Origin: a virus
IMG/VR virus record: IMGVR_UViG_3300035698_020047
Span: 1-64,000 of that record
Strand: one strand, 5' to 3'
Length of the DNA: 64,000 nucleotides
Shown here: piece by piece, positions 1-9,828 of the stretch
How the letters are laid out: the number at the start of each line of letters is the position of its first letter
Position numbering within the stretch: the first letter of the stretch is position 1
Notes under the pieces: model-generated
Seen by the model: only the letters and a program-made list of their open reading frames with translations
Told to the model about the DNA's origin: nothing
The model's database searches: none
Made by a program: the position numbers and the translations under genes

Positions 1-2
1 AT

Positions 3-803
3 GCTGAACACGCCTTAGACCCGATATGGGCTAAGAATATTGGCGTCGATATGGACGCTTTAATGATTAGCCAACCAGATTCTGGTGAAGAGGCATTAAC
101 TATTGTCGAGATGATGGCTGCGTCGAGGCAGGTTGGCTTGGTGGTAGTGGACTCTGTTGCGGCATTGGTGCCACAGGCTGAAATTGATGGCGAAATGGGC
201 GATAGCCACATTGGCGCACAAGCGAGGCTGATGAGCCAGGCTATGCGCAAGCTGGTTGCTATTGCTTTCGACTCTAACTGTACGATTATATTTATCAATC
301 AGATCCGGATGAAGATTGGGGTAATGTTTGGGAATCCAGAAGTAACCCCAGGCGGCCGAGCCCTTAAATTTTACTCATCCGTCCGGTTGGACATTAGGCG
401 TTATAAAGCGATAAAAGATGGCGACGAGAATGTTGGGAATGAGGTTACAGTTAAAGTTGTAAAGAACAAGGTGGCACCGCCATTCAAAAAAGCTGAATGT
501 GCTCTTTACTTCGGCAAAGAAGGCTACCCATACGGTATCGATTATGCTAGCTCGTTGGTCAATCTCGCAGTGGACGCTGGCATGATTAAGAAGCAGGGCT
601 CGTGGCATAGCTATGGTGAAACTAAACTAGGCAATGGCTTCAATGCTACTTGCACATTTGTTCGGGAAAATCAAGATGTCATGGATGAATTAGAGGCAAA
701 AATCCGAGAGACACATGGCTATGTCCAAGAACCAAAGGGCATAGAGGAGCCAGAAAATATAGAGGACACGGAAGAACTAGAAATGAAGGATCTTGAAGAA
801 TGA
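3..803 (+). CDS. recA: RecA recombinase, bacterial type (5' end outside window)
   Basis: Frame is open from the window edge ([16 protein letters not shown]); RecA motifs [66 protein letters not shown]. Confidence 0.97.
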   Translation, partial: AEHALDPIWAKNIGVDMDALMISQPDSGEEALTIVEMMAASRQVGLVVVDSVAALVPQAEIDGEMGDSHIGAQARLMSQAMRKLVAIAFDSNCTIIFINQIRMKIGVMFGNPEVTPGGRALKFYSSVRLDIRRYKAIKDGDENVGNEVTVKVVKNKVAPPFKKAECALYFGKEGYPYGIDYASSLVNLAVDAGMIKKQGSWHSYGETKLGNGFNATCTFVRENQDVMDELEAKIRETHGYVQEPKGIEEPENIEDTEELEMKDLEE

Positions 804-1141
804 GCGTGCCATTATACCAAGTCGATGACATAATTTATCTAGTTGAGTCCGCGAAGGTTGGCTCTATTGAATCGTATCAAATCAGTGAGGTCCGTCAAGA
901 TCCCACAGGGGTCTGGTTTTATAAGATAGCAGTGCCAGCCAGACCACCCACAGGTACTGCCACAGTCGGCGATCGTATTACACTACATAAGTCTTTTGAT
1001 TTCGAACTAACAGAAAGCGAACTGACTACGTATTGTGATGCAATAGATATGGCGGTGACAGCTGTTCGCTCGCGTCTAACGCAGCTGCTTGCCTGGCAGA
1101 GCGCTCAATGTGAAGATACTGGAACTGGTGGAACCGGGTAA
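800..1141 (+). CDS. hypothetical protein
   Basis: 113-aa ORF, ATGA-coupled to recA and ending 2 nt before the helicase start. Confidence 0.75.
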   Translation: MSVPLYQVDDIIYLVESAKVGSIESYQISEVRQDPTGVWFYKIAVPARPPTGTATVGDRITLHKSFDFELTESELTTYCDAIDMAVTAVRSRLTQLLAWQSAQCEDTGTGGTG

Positions 1142-1143
1142 TA

Positions 1144-2481
1144 ATGGACATACTTAACGAACAAACTACGGATGATGAGTGCCCGTTTGGTGAATATGAG
1201 GAAGAGGCAGTAGCCTCACTCATAATTGACCATCCGGAGTTTTTTACTTCAATCGTGAGGTTCTTAAAACATTCACTATTTAGTAGGATGGAAGTTCAGT
1301 ACGTGGTGGCGCATATTACCACGTACTACGATAAATATGGAGTGTTCCCATCGCGGGGTATGCTGCTTGACAGCATAAAACGAAGCCTGACCGTTGATGA
1401 CATAGGATATGAGGACATCATACGGATCGCTGGGCGTAAGTCAGATCCGCGTGAGGTGCCGGCTTTAAAGGGACAGTTACTGGATTGGGCTAGGTCGAAG
1501 GCGTATGGTATCATATACGACCCAGATACCATCGCGAAGTACAACGCTGGTGATTTTGAATCTCTTGAGGAGGTTATCAACCAAGCGAGGAACATTCAAG
1601 ATATCGGAAGCGGTACGCTATGGTTTTTCGACGAGATTGAGAAACTATTTGAAGAAAGTGTATTTGAGCAGTTTACCACGGGGTTTAGTCAGCTAGATAG
1701 ATATATCCACGAAGGCGGTCCAGCACGCAAAGAGATGCTGGTGTGGATGGCCCCAACTGGTGTCGGCAAGTCTATTATGCTCGTGAACAATGCTATGGCC
1801 AATGTTCTAGATGGGCAAAATGTATTATATATAACCCTCGAGTTATCTGATGTACTATCTGCCGTTAGAGCACTCGGGGCGTTGACGGGCAAGCCCATCA
1901 GCAAGAAGCGTTTCGATATTAAAGACGAAATGCTAGCCATAGTAGGCAAGATTAAGAAGAGTGGCGTTGGTGATTTGGCATTTCACGAGTTTCCGCCCGA
2001 TGAGATTTCCGTCGACGAAATCTACGCTCTGATGGACCATTTACGCAGAACGCGGGGCTGGGTTCCTGACGTTGTGTGCATCGACTATCTGGAGTTAATG
2101 AGAAGTCGCAACGCGACTGACAACAATGAAGAATATATGAAACAAAAAGGCATATCCACGCAGGTGCGTGGGCTTGCTAAGAATGAGAACGTGCTGGTTT
2201 ACACTGCTACCCAGACCAACAGATCTGGAAATACCACTGATGAATCGGTCTTAGATGTCACGAAGATCGCTGAGAGTTATGGTAAGTCAATGCCAATGGA
2301 TTACCTGATAAGCATCAACCAAAGCCAGGATGAATATCGTTCGCAATTCAATTCTAGCGGTGTCTCTGTCCACCCAGCAACTGCACGTATGTACATAGCT
2401 AAGAACAGGAATGGTCCGAAATTCCAGACTATTGAGATTAAGATAAACTACAGCACTATGAGCATCCAGGAGACGATATGA
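1144..2481 (+). CDS. replicative helicase, DnaB/T4 gp41-like (SF4)
   Basis: TGFSQLD, Walker A APTGVGKS, LYITLE, Walker B VVCIDYLELM, TATQTNR, IAKNRNGP. Confidence 0.93.
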   Translation: MDILNEQTTDDECPFGEYEEEAVASLIIDHPEFFTSIVRFLKHSLFSRMEVQYVVAHITTYYDKYGVFPSRGMLLDSIKRSLTVDDIGYEDIIRIAGRKSDPREVPALKGQLLDWARSKAYGIIYDPDTIAKYNAGDFESLEEVINQARNIQDIGSGTLWFFDEIEKLFEESVFEQFTTGFSQLDRYIHEGGPARKEMLVWMAPTGVGKSIMLVNNAMANVLDGQNVLYITLELSDVLSAVRALGALTGKPISKKRFDIKDEMLAIVGKIKKSGVGDLAFHEFPPDEISVDEIYALMDHLRRTRGWVPDVVCIDYLELMRSRNATDNNEEYMKQKGISTQVRGLAKNENVLVYTATQTNRSGNTTDESVLDVTKIAESYGKSMPMDYLISINQSQDEYRSQFNSSGVSVHPATARMYIAKNRNGPKFQTIEIKINYSTMSIQETI

Positions 2482-2810
2482 GTGACAAGGCCGAACTTAA
2501 AAAGGTAATTTGCTTGAATGACTACGTGGCAGTGCTACAGGACATTGATGTTCCTGATGGCATTGAGATGGATCCTAAGGCATTGCAAGAGATTAGCAAT
2601 GAGGGAATTGTTGTTGGAATAGGGCCAGACGCTCATGATAGCAGTGGCAAGAATGTAGTAGAAATAGGCGACCGAGTTATATTCCACAACAAACGATACT
2701 TAGCCCTGCACCCTGCCTCTGGCGGCTATGAAGGACGAACAGTATTGATGATCCGCAGGATGGACTTCGTCGCTAAGATCGGCACAACAGACAAATACGA
2801 GATAGTATGA
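2478..2810 (+). CDS. groES: GroES/Cpn10-like co-chaperonin
   Basis: LNDYVAV...GIVVGIGPD...VEIGDRVIF pattern matches Cpn10 (PLxDRV...GxVxAVGPG...VKVGDxV); 110 aa. Confidence 0.8.
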   Translation: MSDKAELKKVICLNDYVAVLQDIDVPDGIEMDPKALQEISNEGIVVGIGPDAHDSSGKNVVEIGDRVIFHNKRYLALHPASGGYEGRTVLMIRRMDFVAKIGTTDKYEIV

Positions 2811-3163
2811 AACATCACTACATATGTATAGATTGTGTCGAGTCTGAAACTGGCACGCCGATACATGATCTATCGGTTGAGCTATTCAACCAGGTAAAAG
2901 CCGAGATGTCATTCACCACCGAAGCGTGCCCGGTGTGTGGTGGCAATAACGTGCGCAAGGTGTTTGGCATAGAGACCGCGTATGTAAGAGGCTATGGTTT
3001 CCACGATAAGAAGGGTACTAAGCGTGATATGGACCTTCACGCCATGTCGACTGGAAACGATCCGTATGGCGAGCATCGCAAAGTCGGGGAAACAAGAGAA
3101 GTCATAACAAATCTACAAAGAGATAGGGAACACCACACCCATTCTAAGACCATTCGCATGTAA
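2807..3163 (+). CDS. FmdB-like zinc-ribbon protein
   Basis: YICIDC ... CPVCGG.NVRKVF, two CxxC pairs. Confidence 0.6.
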   Translation: MKHHYICIDCVESETGTPIHDLSVELFNQVKAEMSFTTEACPVCGGNNVRKVFGIETAYVRGYGFHDKKGTKRDMDLHAMSTGNDPYGEHRKVGETREVITNLQRDREHHTHSKTIRM

Positions 3164-3180
3164 GTACGTATTCTAACGGT

Positions 3181-4362
3181 ATGTTATACGTCTACACCCT
3201 TTGGGATAAAGCTCGTGATTCACGTCCACTGATAACCGGGGCTTATGATAGCACCGCCAAATCTCTAAAGATCTTTGTACTATACCTGCGGAACACTACT
3301 AAATCAATATATGACATCGAGCAGACTGCTGCCGAATTAAAAGAGTTGATGTCTAAAGCCGGCACCGTGATGTTGAATGATTATAAACAGCATCTGATAG
3401 CTTTCAATTTGGATCATGAATCTATTGGTAAAGTCTTTGATGTTGAACTATCGGAAGAGGTGGGATGCAAAGATGATATCAAATCGATTCGCAGGGGTAT
3501 CGCCACAATTCTATCTAAAATGTGTAGCATTAAGCCGCAATATTGGCACCTCGCCCGTGCGAATGCTGCAGTTGTGTATAGCTGCCTGCAGCGTCGTGGC
3601 GTACTATATGGGTATGAATTAAAGTATCCGACTTGGGGGAGGGTTTACTCGGGCAGGAGTAAGAGCACGGGGTTTAATGTTCAGGGTCTTGGCCAGGATC
3701 ACCTGACAGGCATTAACAATCATAAAGTATTTCTCAATTTCGACTGGGTGTCTGCTGATATGCGAGCTATCGCTACAATGAGTGGTGATGAGAAGCTTAA
3801 TACGGCATTTATGCATAGTGATCCATATCAGGAACTTGCTGATTATATTAATGTTGGTGTAGATGAAGACAAATTAACTAGGGACGAGGCCAAGAGGTTG
3901 ATGTTTAAGTCGGTGTACTCATTAGGCAGTGACAATCCCGCCCTCGATTATTATTCTGGCTTTGGGGATTGGATCACGATGTGCCGATCTAAGTTAGAAG
4001 AAAATGGACATTTAAAGAGTATGCTCGGTCGCAAGTTCCGAATATCTGAGACTAGGACTGAGCGATCGGTTTTCAACGCGACCATACAGGGATCTGTGGC
4101 ACATGCGATGCAAATATGCTTGAGACGTGTTTGGGATATGTTCCCGGACAACATATTAACAGAAAATCACGACTCGCTAACTATGGTGTGTGATCCAGAT
4201 GATACCCGTTATATGATTAATGAGATCGCCAAAATAATGATACAGCCGTTCAATGGTATTTTAAAGAATAACCCACAGTTTCCGCTGAAGATTAGCGTCG
4301 GCTCTGGATATAAGAACTGGAAAAGTTACAAACGGTACAATTACTGTGAACAAATCACGTAG
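3181..4362 (+). CDS. minimal family-A DNA polymerase (polymerase domain only)
   Basis: SGRSKS..FNVQ (TGRLSS..NLQ), motif A FDWVSADMR, motif B RDEAKRLMFKSVY, FNATIQGSVAH, motif C NHDSL; only 393 aa. Confidence 0.85.
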   Translation: MLYVYTLWDKARDSRPLITGAYDSTAKSLKIFVLYLRNTTKSIYDIEQTAAELKELMSKAGTVMLNDYKQHLIAFNLDHESIGKVFDVELSEEVGCKDDIKSIRRGIATILSKMCSIKPQYWHLARANAAVVYSCLQRRGVLYGYELKYPTWGRVYSGRSKSTGFNVQGLGQDHLTGINNHKVFLNFDWVSADMRAIATMSGDEKLNTAFMHSDPYQELADYINVGVDEDKLTRDEAKRLMFKSVYSLGSDNPALDYYSGFGDWITMCRSKLEENGHLKSMLGRKFRISETRTERSVFNATIQGSVAHAMQICLRRVWDMFPDNILTENHDSLTMVCDPDDTRYMINEIAKIMIQPFNGILKNNPQFPLKISVGSGYKNWKSYKRYNYCEQIT

Positions 4363-4582
4363 AAGACATAAAAAAGATAAGCACGAGCAGAAACGCAAAC
4401 AGCGCCAAAAGAATATTAAAAAGGCTAAGCTTAAGGCTAAGGTATTAGCTAAACAGCCTAAGATTAGTACTAAGAAGGGCGTCGCCAGATCTGCTTCTGC
4501 AAAATCGTCGGATACTATTGATGTTATCGACCGCAACGCTTGGGGGTTGCAGACCGAAGGTGGAGATGATGGCCAAGCGTAA
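4346..4582 (+). CDS. small Lys/Arg-rich protein
   Basis: 78-aa very basic ORF filling the gap between polymerase and UvsY. Confidence 0.55.
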   Translation: MNKSRRRHKKDKHEQKRKQRQKNIKKAKLKAKVLAKQPKISTKKGVARSASAKSSDTIDVIDRNAWGLQTEGGDDGQA

Positions 4583-5069
4583 GAAACCACAACCAAAGTG
4601 GTTTGATGATTTTGTGCCTGAAGAGGTTGCGAACAGCACCCTATTCCAATTCATAGTCACTGTTAAAGACCAGAGAATCGTCGTCGATATGCGAGCAGAC
4701 CTGGAGATAGAATATGCTATCATCCAGAGTCAGTTAGAGGATACACCATCTGAATTTGCGTATTGGGGAGCGATTTATAGCGAATTGAAAATGCAGGTTG
4801 CCAAAGTCGAGCGGCAGATTAAAGCAAGACGCGGGAAACTGGTTGACAAGGCAATAAAATCTGCGGCACAAGCAAGTGTGCGGTTGACAGATAAGCAAGT
4901 TCAAGCTATCATTGAAGCAGATCTCGAACTAAACAAACTAGAAGCTAAACTAATTATTAGCAATAAGCATTGCGGCAAGATGTATTTTATGGTTGAAGCA
5001 ATCAGAATGAAATCAGACAATTTGAGATCATTAGCAGGCTTTGCACGAATCGAAATGAATAATAGCTAA
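4566..5069 (+). CDS. uvsY: UvsY-like recombination mediator
   Basis: Helical protein with AYWGAIYSE...LTDKQVQAIIEAD...AIRMKSDNLRSLAGFARIE pattern; next to SSB; start chosen at ATG after GGAG. Confidence 0.7.
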   Translation: MMAKRKKPQPKWFDDFVPEEVANSTLFQFIVTVKDQRIVVDMRADLEIEYAIIQSQLEDTPSEFAYWGAIYSELKMQVAKVERQIKARRGKLVDKAIKSAAQASVRLTDKQVQAIIEADLELNKLEAKLIISNKHCGKMYFMVEAIRMKSDNLRSLAGFARIEMNNS

Positions 5070-5108
5070 ATAGCTAAAAAGTCAAAAAGCTCAAGAACAA
5101 GAAAGGAA

Positions 5109-6209
5109 ATGATCATGAGCAAATACGATGTAGCGGCAGTACGCAAACGATTACAAGAAAAACAAGGAAACAGGTTTAAGGACGCCAACGAATTCAGGCC
5201 CCCCAAGAATCCGGACGACAATAAGACCGTCCGAATTCGATTTTATGTTTTACCACCACTGACGGCGGGCGACAAATGTGCCGATGGGGTTGCCAGTGAA
5301 TCGATGGACATGTTTTATGTCCAGAATGGTGCACACTGGATAAACAACAGGACCCATCCGTGTCCTCGCGTTCATGAAGATGAAGAAGAGTGCCCGCTTT
5401 GCCAGCTTGGTTTCGACCTGATGGGAGAAACGGACGTTAAAGACGAGCGTCGCGCGATTGCGAAGCAGTGGTTACCGCGAACTCAATATGCGGTCAACGT
5501 ATACTTCCCTAAGGACAAGGTAAATCCAGAAGAGCTGGCCGGTAAGGTCATGTGGATGAACGCGTCCAAGCAGGTCTTTGACATTTGGGAAGCCTGCATC
5601 ATGAACGATGAGGAAGGCGATCCCGCTGACCCGCAGGCGTATGGCGTTTTCTACGACGAGAACGATTCTTATTGCTTCCAACTTGAGATCGGTAAGAATG
5701 GAGATTGGAATAGTTATAAGACTTCCAAATTCCTGGCCAATGTTGGCAAGCGTCCTATGGCTAGAGATAAGGACAATAAAGCCTTGCCGAAGCGTATTGA
5801 GGCGATTTTGTCGCAGCGGCATGACCTGTTCACCAAATTCGGTGCGCGTGATCCCGAAGCCCTGGCCGCACTTGCGAAGCAGATGCTGAGCGGCGAGCCG
5901 AAGAAGGACGACGATGCTGGATTTGATTCTGACGACACTAAGACTGAGGCTGCAGCTGAAGAGTCCGTCGAAGAGACTGTCGACGTCGTCGATGAAGTTG
6001 TCGAAGATAGCGTTGACGAGGCTGTCGAAGAAGAGGCTGTCGAAGAAGAGGCTGTCGAAGAAGATAGTGTCGATGAGGCCGCAGGATTTGGCGAAGATGC
6101 TGAAGACGCTAAGGAAGCCAAAAAAGAAGATAAGGCTGCCGGTGCGGGAGACGACATCGAAGACAATGAGCTCCAAGATCTGCTTGCTGAGATCGAGTCA
6201 GACGATTAA
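5109..6209 (+). CDS. T4 gp32-like single-stranded DNA-binding protein
   Basis: IRFYVLPP, HW...CP...CPLC zinc motif, YAVNVY.PKD..NPE..GKV, YKTSKF, long acidic C-terminal tail. Confidence 0.88.
   Translation: MIMSKYDVAAVRKRLQEKQGNRFKDANEFRPPKNPDDNKTVRIRFYVLPPLTAGDKCADGVASESMDMFYVQNGAHWINNRTHPCPRVHEDEEECPLCQLGFDLMGETDVKDERRAIAKQWLPRTQYAVNVYFPKDKVNPEELAGKVMWMNASKQVFDIWEACIMNDEEGDPADPQAYGVFYDENDSYCFQLEIGKNGDWNSYKTSKFLANVGKRPMARDKDNKALPKRIEAILSQRHDLFTKFGARDPEALAALAKQMLSGEPKKDDDAGFDSDDTKTEAAAEESVEETVDVVDEVVEDSVDEAVEEEAVEEEAVEEDSVDEAAGFGEDAEDAKEAKKEDKAAGAGDDIEDNELQDLLAEIESDD
6018..6062 (+). repeat. 3 x 15-nt tandem repeat GAGGCTGTCGAAGAA (EAVEE) in SSB acidic tail
   Basis: Three exact copies read from the sequence. 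Confidence 0.9.
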
Positions 6210-6223
6210 TCGTATTGATGGCG

Positions 6224-6265
6224 ACGGCGGCGGCACTAAGTAAGTGCCGCCGCCGTATCTTTATT
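6224..6265 (+). terminator. intrinsic terminator after SSB gene
   Basis: 14-bp perfect stem ACGGCGGCGGCACT / AGTGCCGCCGCCGT (6224-6237, 6243-6256), 5-nt loop, followed by ATCTTTATT. Confidence 0.75.
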
Positions 6266-7123
6266 ATGGAAACTATACTTCTAATAGACGGCAAAAACAC
6301 TGCGTATAGAGCACTCTTCGCTTCTAGGGGGAATACGGAGTTCAGGCATAAATATCACCCATTCGCGGTGTGGTTAAAATTTACACACGTCTGGCTCGAA
6401 AAATTCAGGCCGGACGCAGTACATGTATTCTGGGATTGCCATAAAGACGACATCTGGCGTAAAAAGCTCCTAAACGAATACAAAGATCATCGCCAAGCCC
6501 TGCCCCATTATTCTGATGATATCCAGACGGACCTTCGCCGTATGCTGGAAGCTGCGGAGGCTATCCTACCGCACTTTGGGGTTCGACAATATTATAGGGA
6601 GCGGCAGGAATGCGATGACTTGATCTATTCCGCATGTCATGCCCTTACGCCGGCTAAAACAGATACCCGCAAAGTTGTAATTATATCCAGCGACTCTGAC
6701 TTCTTACAGTTACAGTGGTCGATGCCCCATGTTTCGATATATCTCCCGAAAGATCAGAAATTGGCGGTCCGCCCGGATTGCGATCCAGCCATGCAAAAGG
6801 CCTTGAGTGGTGATAAATCCGATAATATCGATGGATTCCGAGGCATCGGACCTGTTAAAGCTCGGCGTATGGTTATGAACCCCAAACAATTGATGGAATT
6901 TCTGAGCTTAGTAGACGCCAAGAAATTTAAGAGAAATCTTGCATTAATTGATTTATCGGCAAATCCGGCTCAAGTAAGCAATCAACTATATGTTATTGGG
7001 GTTATGTCACAGGACGTGACATTCGATAAATCTGCTATCAATGAGCTTGCGATTAAGCACAAAGTACGGGGATTAATGGCAGAATACCCGAGGATCGCAG
7101 CATCATTCAAGCGTCTCGCGTAA
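6266..7123 (+). CDS. 5'-3' exonuclease / flap endonuclease (T4 RNase H-like)
   Basis: LLIDGKN.AYR, VFWD, WRKKLLNEYK.HR, ECDDLI, ISSDSDFLQL, GDKSDNIDGFRGIGPVKA. Confidence 0.93.
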   Translation: METILLIDGKNTAYRALFASRGNTEFRHKYHPFAVWLKFTHVWLEKFRPDAVHVFWDCHKDDIWRKKLLNEYKDHRQALPHYSDDIQTDLRRMLEAAEAILPHFGVRQYYRERQECDDLIYSACHALTPAKTDTRKVVIISSDSDFLQLQWSMPHVSIYLPKDQKLAVRPDCDPAMQKALSGDKSDNIDGFRGIGPVKARRMVMNPKQLMEFLSLVDAKKFKRNLALIDLSANPAQVSNQLYVIGVMSQDVTFDKSAINELAIKHKVRGLMAEYPRIAASFKRLA

Positions 7124-7525
7124 TTCTTCCATTCTGAGATACGCTTCTTGATAGTTGACCGGCTCGGCCATCATCTCATCCCATCTCTCAAACTGCGACA
7201 TTACCCATAGCCATTGCTCTGGATATGATTTTTGCAATAACCAAGCGAGGCCGAATGGGCCTTTGTGTCCAGAAATTTTGAGCCACCATTTGTGGTGCTT
7301 GGGGCACAGCGGGACGCCATTGAGGGGATTATGGCGCAATGGCCGCACCCATCTGTCTACTAAATGATGTGCCTGTAAGTATTCCCCAGAGCCACATACT
7401 ATACATTTATGGCGTCTTATGTATAAGCTCCAGCTCTTGTCGGCTTTATTCCGCCAATACTTAGACTTGGGGTCCGCCTTAGATTTGGCCAGTTTTGATT
7501 TCTTAGCTTTTTTCTTCGCCGCCAT
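7103..7525 (-). CDS. NinG/Rap-like HNH nuclease
   Basis: ADKSWSLYIR, CIVCG, QAHHL, LRHNPLNGVPLCPKHH; ATG 7525 has GGAGA upstream. Confidence 0.75.
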   Translation of the reverse strand: MAAKKKAKKSKLAKSKADPKSKYWRNKADKSWSLYIRRHKCIVCGSGEYLQAHHLVDRWVRPLRHNPLNGVPLCPKHHKWWLKISGHKGPFGLAWLLQKSYPEQWLWVMSQFERWDEMMAEPVNYQEAYLRMEELRETLE

Positions 7526-7541
7526 ATTTAAGTCTCCGTTA

Positions 7542-7553
7542 GTATTTAAATAC
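7542..7553. promoter_or_regulatory. palindrome GTATTTAAATAC between divergent genes (GTATT motif on both strands)
   Basis: Perfect 12-bp palindrome in the intergenic gap. Confidence 0.45.
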
Positions 7554-7620
7554 ATATCTATTTTGCACGCCTCACTGAAATATAATGAAATACTCCATTA
7601 CTAAAATAAAGGAAGTAGAC

Positions 7621-7875
7621 ATGGGATGTGGTGCATGTGCAAAACGGCGACAACAATTGGCGAAGGCGGCGAAAGCGGCGAAAGCCGGGAAAACTGCCCG
7701 AGTTAGGATTGTCAAGCAGGCGGCGGCGAAACGCGTTAAGAAATTGGCTTCACTCGGTGTGAAATCACCTAAGAGATGTCCAATTTGCCGCACTATGATG
7801 AGACGAGTATCTAAAAAAGGACGAGAGATGCTAGTGTGTGCTAACTCTAAATGTGCACATGTAAGGAAATTGTGA
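7621..7875 (+). CDS. small basic Cys-containing protein
   Basis: MGCGAC N-terminus, CPIC...CANSKC zinc ribbon; AAGGA upstream. Confidence 0.6.
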   Translation: MGCGACAKRRQQLAKAAKAAKAGKTARVRIVKQAAAKRVKKLASLGVKSPKRCPICRTMMRRVSKKGREMLVCANSKCAHVRKL

Positions 7876-8285
7876 TGAAGATAAATGAAGAAAGTGTCGT
7901 GATAGTTGAAACGTTGGGTGATATAAAACGAGCGACTCAGGAATTTATGCCTGGCGACCGACAGCAGAATCCGGAGGTGCACGCAACCATTGTCGCGGAG
8001 GATAAGACATATGAGCTGAGTGCTCCGACTGGATGCACGTACCGCGATATGTTGATCGATGGTTTTAATATCGTCAAGAAACGCTTAGAAGCTGAGCAGC
8101 GAGAGACGGAAACGCAACTAAAAATCAGCCCTATAAATGTAAAGGGTCACATGTGGCTTGATGATCTAATTACTCGTAGATTAGCTGGTGAGCGTGATGG
8201 CTTGAGGGTTAAATGGGTAATTGAAGAGGGTACTTTTTTCTTCGACCCCTTTACTGGAAAACTTAGTAAATGTACAACGCTATAG
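7875..8285 (+). CDS. hypothetical protein
   Basis: TGATG-coupled to upstream gene, AAGGA upstream. Confidence 0.65.
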   Translation: MKINEESVVIVETLGDIKRATQEFMPGDRQQNPEVHATIVAEDKTYELSAPTGCTYRDMLIDGFNIVKKRLEAEQRETETQLKISPINVKGHMWLDDLITRRLAGERDGLRVKWVIEEGTFFFDPFTGKLSKCTTL

Positions 8286-8464
8286 ATACAATAGTCTTAG
8301 CGTTGATGCTGGCTAGCGCGTGGGCGCTTGTTGTTATCCCGCTCAAAATCCATGTAATCTGGAGATACTGGATTACCCTCATATTACCGATGGCGATGCT
8401 GCTGTCGATTGGTTTGATGTACTTTGGAATATTTCAATGGATAGAGAAGTTGATATCCAATTAA
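8270..8464 (+). CDS. small membrane protein (two hydrophobic segments)
   Basis: 64 aa, IVLALMLASAWALVVI and LILPMAMLLSIGLMYFGIF. Confidence 0.55.
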   Translation: MYNAIDTIVLALMLASAWALVVIPLKIHVIWRYWITLILPMAMLLSIGLMYFGIFQWIEKLISN

Positions 8465-8745
8465 TCCAATATCGTGCTCTCAGTCTTTGGGTACCGCGTG
8501 TTGGAGACGTTATCATTAAACATGGGTGGTTTATTCGTACTAAATGGTTCGGAGTAGTCAATTTTATTAATTCAGACGGATCACTAAACATCATTAAAGA
8601 CGGGTTAATGAGCTTGCTAGTGGCAACTGCTCCAGAAGTGATGCGTGGTAAATCAATTGAATTAGGCCAAGGCCAGATTAAAACATCGACAGCTGGCGCT
8701 TACACAATAATGCAACACGATGCTGATGTGGTGTGGTATGTTTGA
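8437..8745 (+). CDS. hypothetical protein (SH3/KOW-like PRVGDVII motif)
   Basis: ORF track 8320-8745; start placed at ATG 8437 to limit overlap. Confidence 0.6.
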   Translation: MDREVDIQLIQYRALSLWVPRVGDVIIKHGWFIRTKWFGVVNFINSDGSLNIIKDGLMSLLVATAPEVMRGKSIELGQGQIKTSTAGAYTIMQHDADVVWYV

Positions 8746-9271
8746 ACCTCCTACTTTATTGCCTTATCCAGAAATAGCTGACGCCATTAGCTGCGCAGAG
8801 ATTCGCGGTGTGTTCTGCTATGTGGTTGACACATATGAGCCTGGAATCGCTGTTGTAATAAAGCTGCAAGATGGCGATAGTGGGATTGTTATTGGGGGGT
8901 GGGATGGAAAGCACGTCAGCCCCACAGATGAGATATGGGGGCAGTCACAAGAATTCCTGACGCATTCTGCATATATGTTCATACAAGTAATGCAGCGTAT
9001 AGGAATTGACCAAGCTGAGTTTTTCATATCCAAAGATGGTATATTGGTGGATGTTCAACTGTCATTGAATAAGCTCATTGGGCCTGGGATGCTTAGGGAC
9101 ATATTCTCAGATATTTCTAAAACTCAAAATGTAAAAGAAATGTCTGTTTTAGACGACGATAAGATAAAAGAGCTGAGCACTTCTGGTAGCAGCTACATTT
9201 TAAAGCCAAGTCGGTACCGCTACTACGCACGTAGTGATGATAGCATACTACCGTTATACGCCCGTATTTAA
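8738..9271 (+). CDS. hypothetical protein
   Basis: ORF in operon-like packing. Confidence 0.65.
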   Translation: MFEPPTLLPYPEIADAISCAEIRGVFCYVVDTYEPGIAVVIKLQDGDSGIVIGGWDGKHVSPTDEIWGQSQEFLTHSAYMFIQVMQRIGIDQAEFFISKDGILVDVQLSLNKLIGPGMLRDIFSDISKTQNVKEMSVLDDDKIKELSTSGSSYILKPSRYRYYARSDDSILPLYARI

Positions 9272-9276
9272 ACACA

Positions 9277-9828
9277 ATGCTGATAGTAATGTGCGGGTAT
9301 CCCAAATCTGGTAAGTCAACCTTTGTCGACATTCTGATGCAGTATGTTGCGCATCCAGTGCATCTTGTGCGGCCAAGCGATTGGCGTCCTGAGGATGAAT
9401 TGACGGCGGCTGAGAATTCAAAGTGGCAGCTTGCGTGTTGGGAATACGCGATTGATAAAGCCACTGAACTGGTGTCCGTTGAACCCGCTGGCGTGGTAAT
9501 ATTTGATACGTGTGGTGCTTCGTCGGAGCCGCTTGAGACTTTAATGTCGGTAGCCAGGTCACATGGCCATAAAGTAGTCGCGATTTTTATGGCGACTCCG
9601 CGTGTTATGTGCGAGGAGAGAATTGACCCGTATATAATTCAAAAGTATATTGATAGAATCCATAATACCGTGTTTAGGTATAAAACCATTTGCGATAACT
9701 TGATAGTCGTAAAATACCATAAGGTTGAACAATGGCACCACAGATCGGAAAGCATCGCCAACCATTTAGGCCTAAGGTTAAGTCTAAATCCAGATCTGAG
9801 ATCCGACCTAAAAACGCGGCGAGAATAG
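9277..9828 (+). CDS. P-loop kinase (AAA_33 / polynucleotide kinase-like)
   Basis: LIVMCGYPKSGKST Walker A, VIFDT, P..MCEER lid. Confidence 0.8.
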   Translation: MLIVMCGYPKSGKSTFVDILMQYVAHPVHLVRPSDWRPEDELTAAENSKWQLACWEYAIDKATELVSVEPAGVVIFDTCGASSEPLETLMSVARSHGHKVVAIFMATPRVMCEERIDPYIIQKYIDRIHNTVFRYKTICDNLIVVKYHKVEQWHHRSESIANHLGLRLSLNPDLRSDLKTRRE

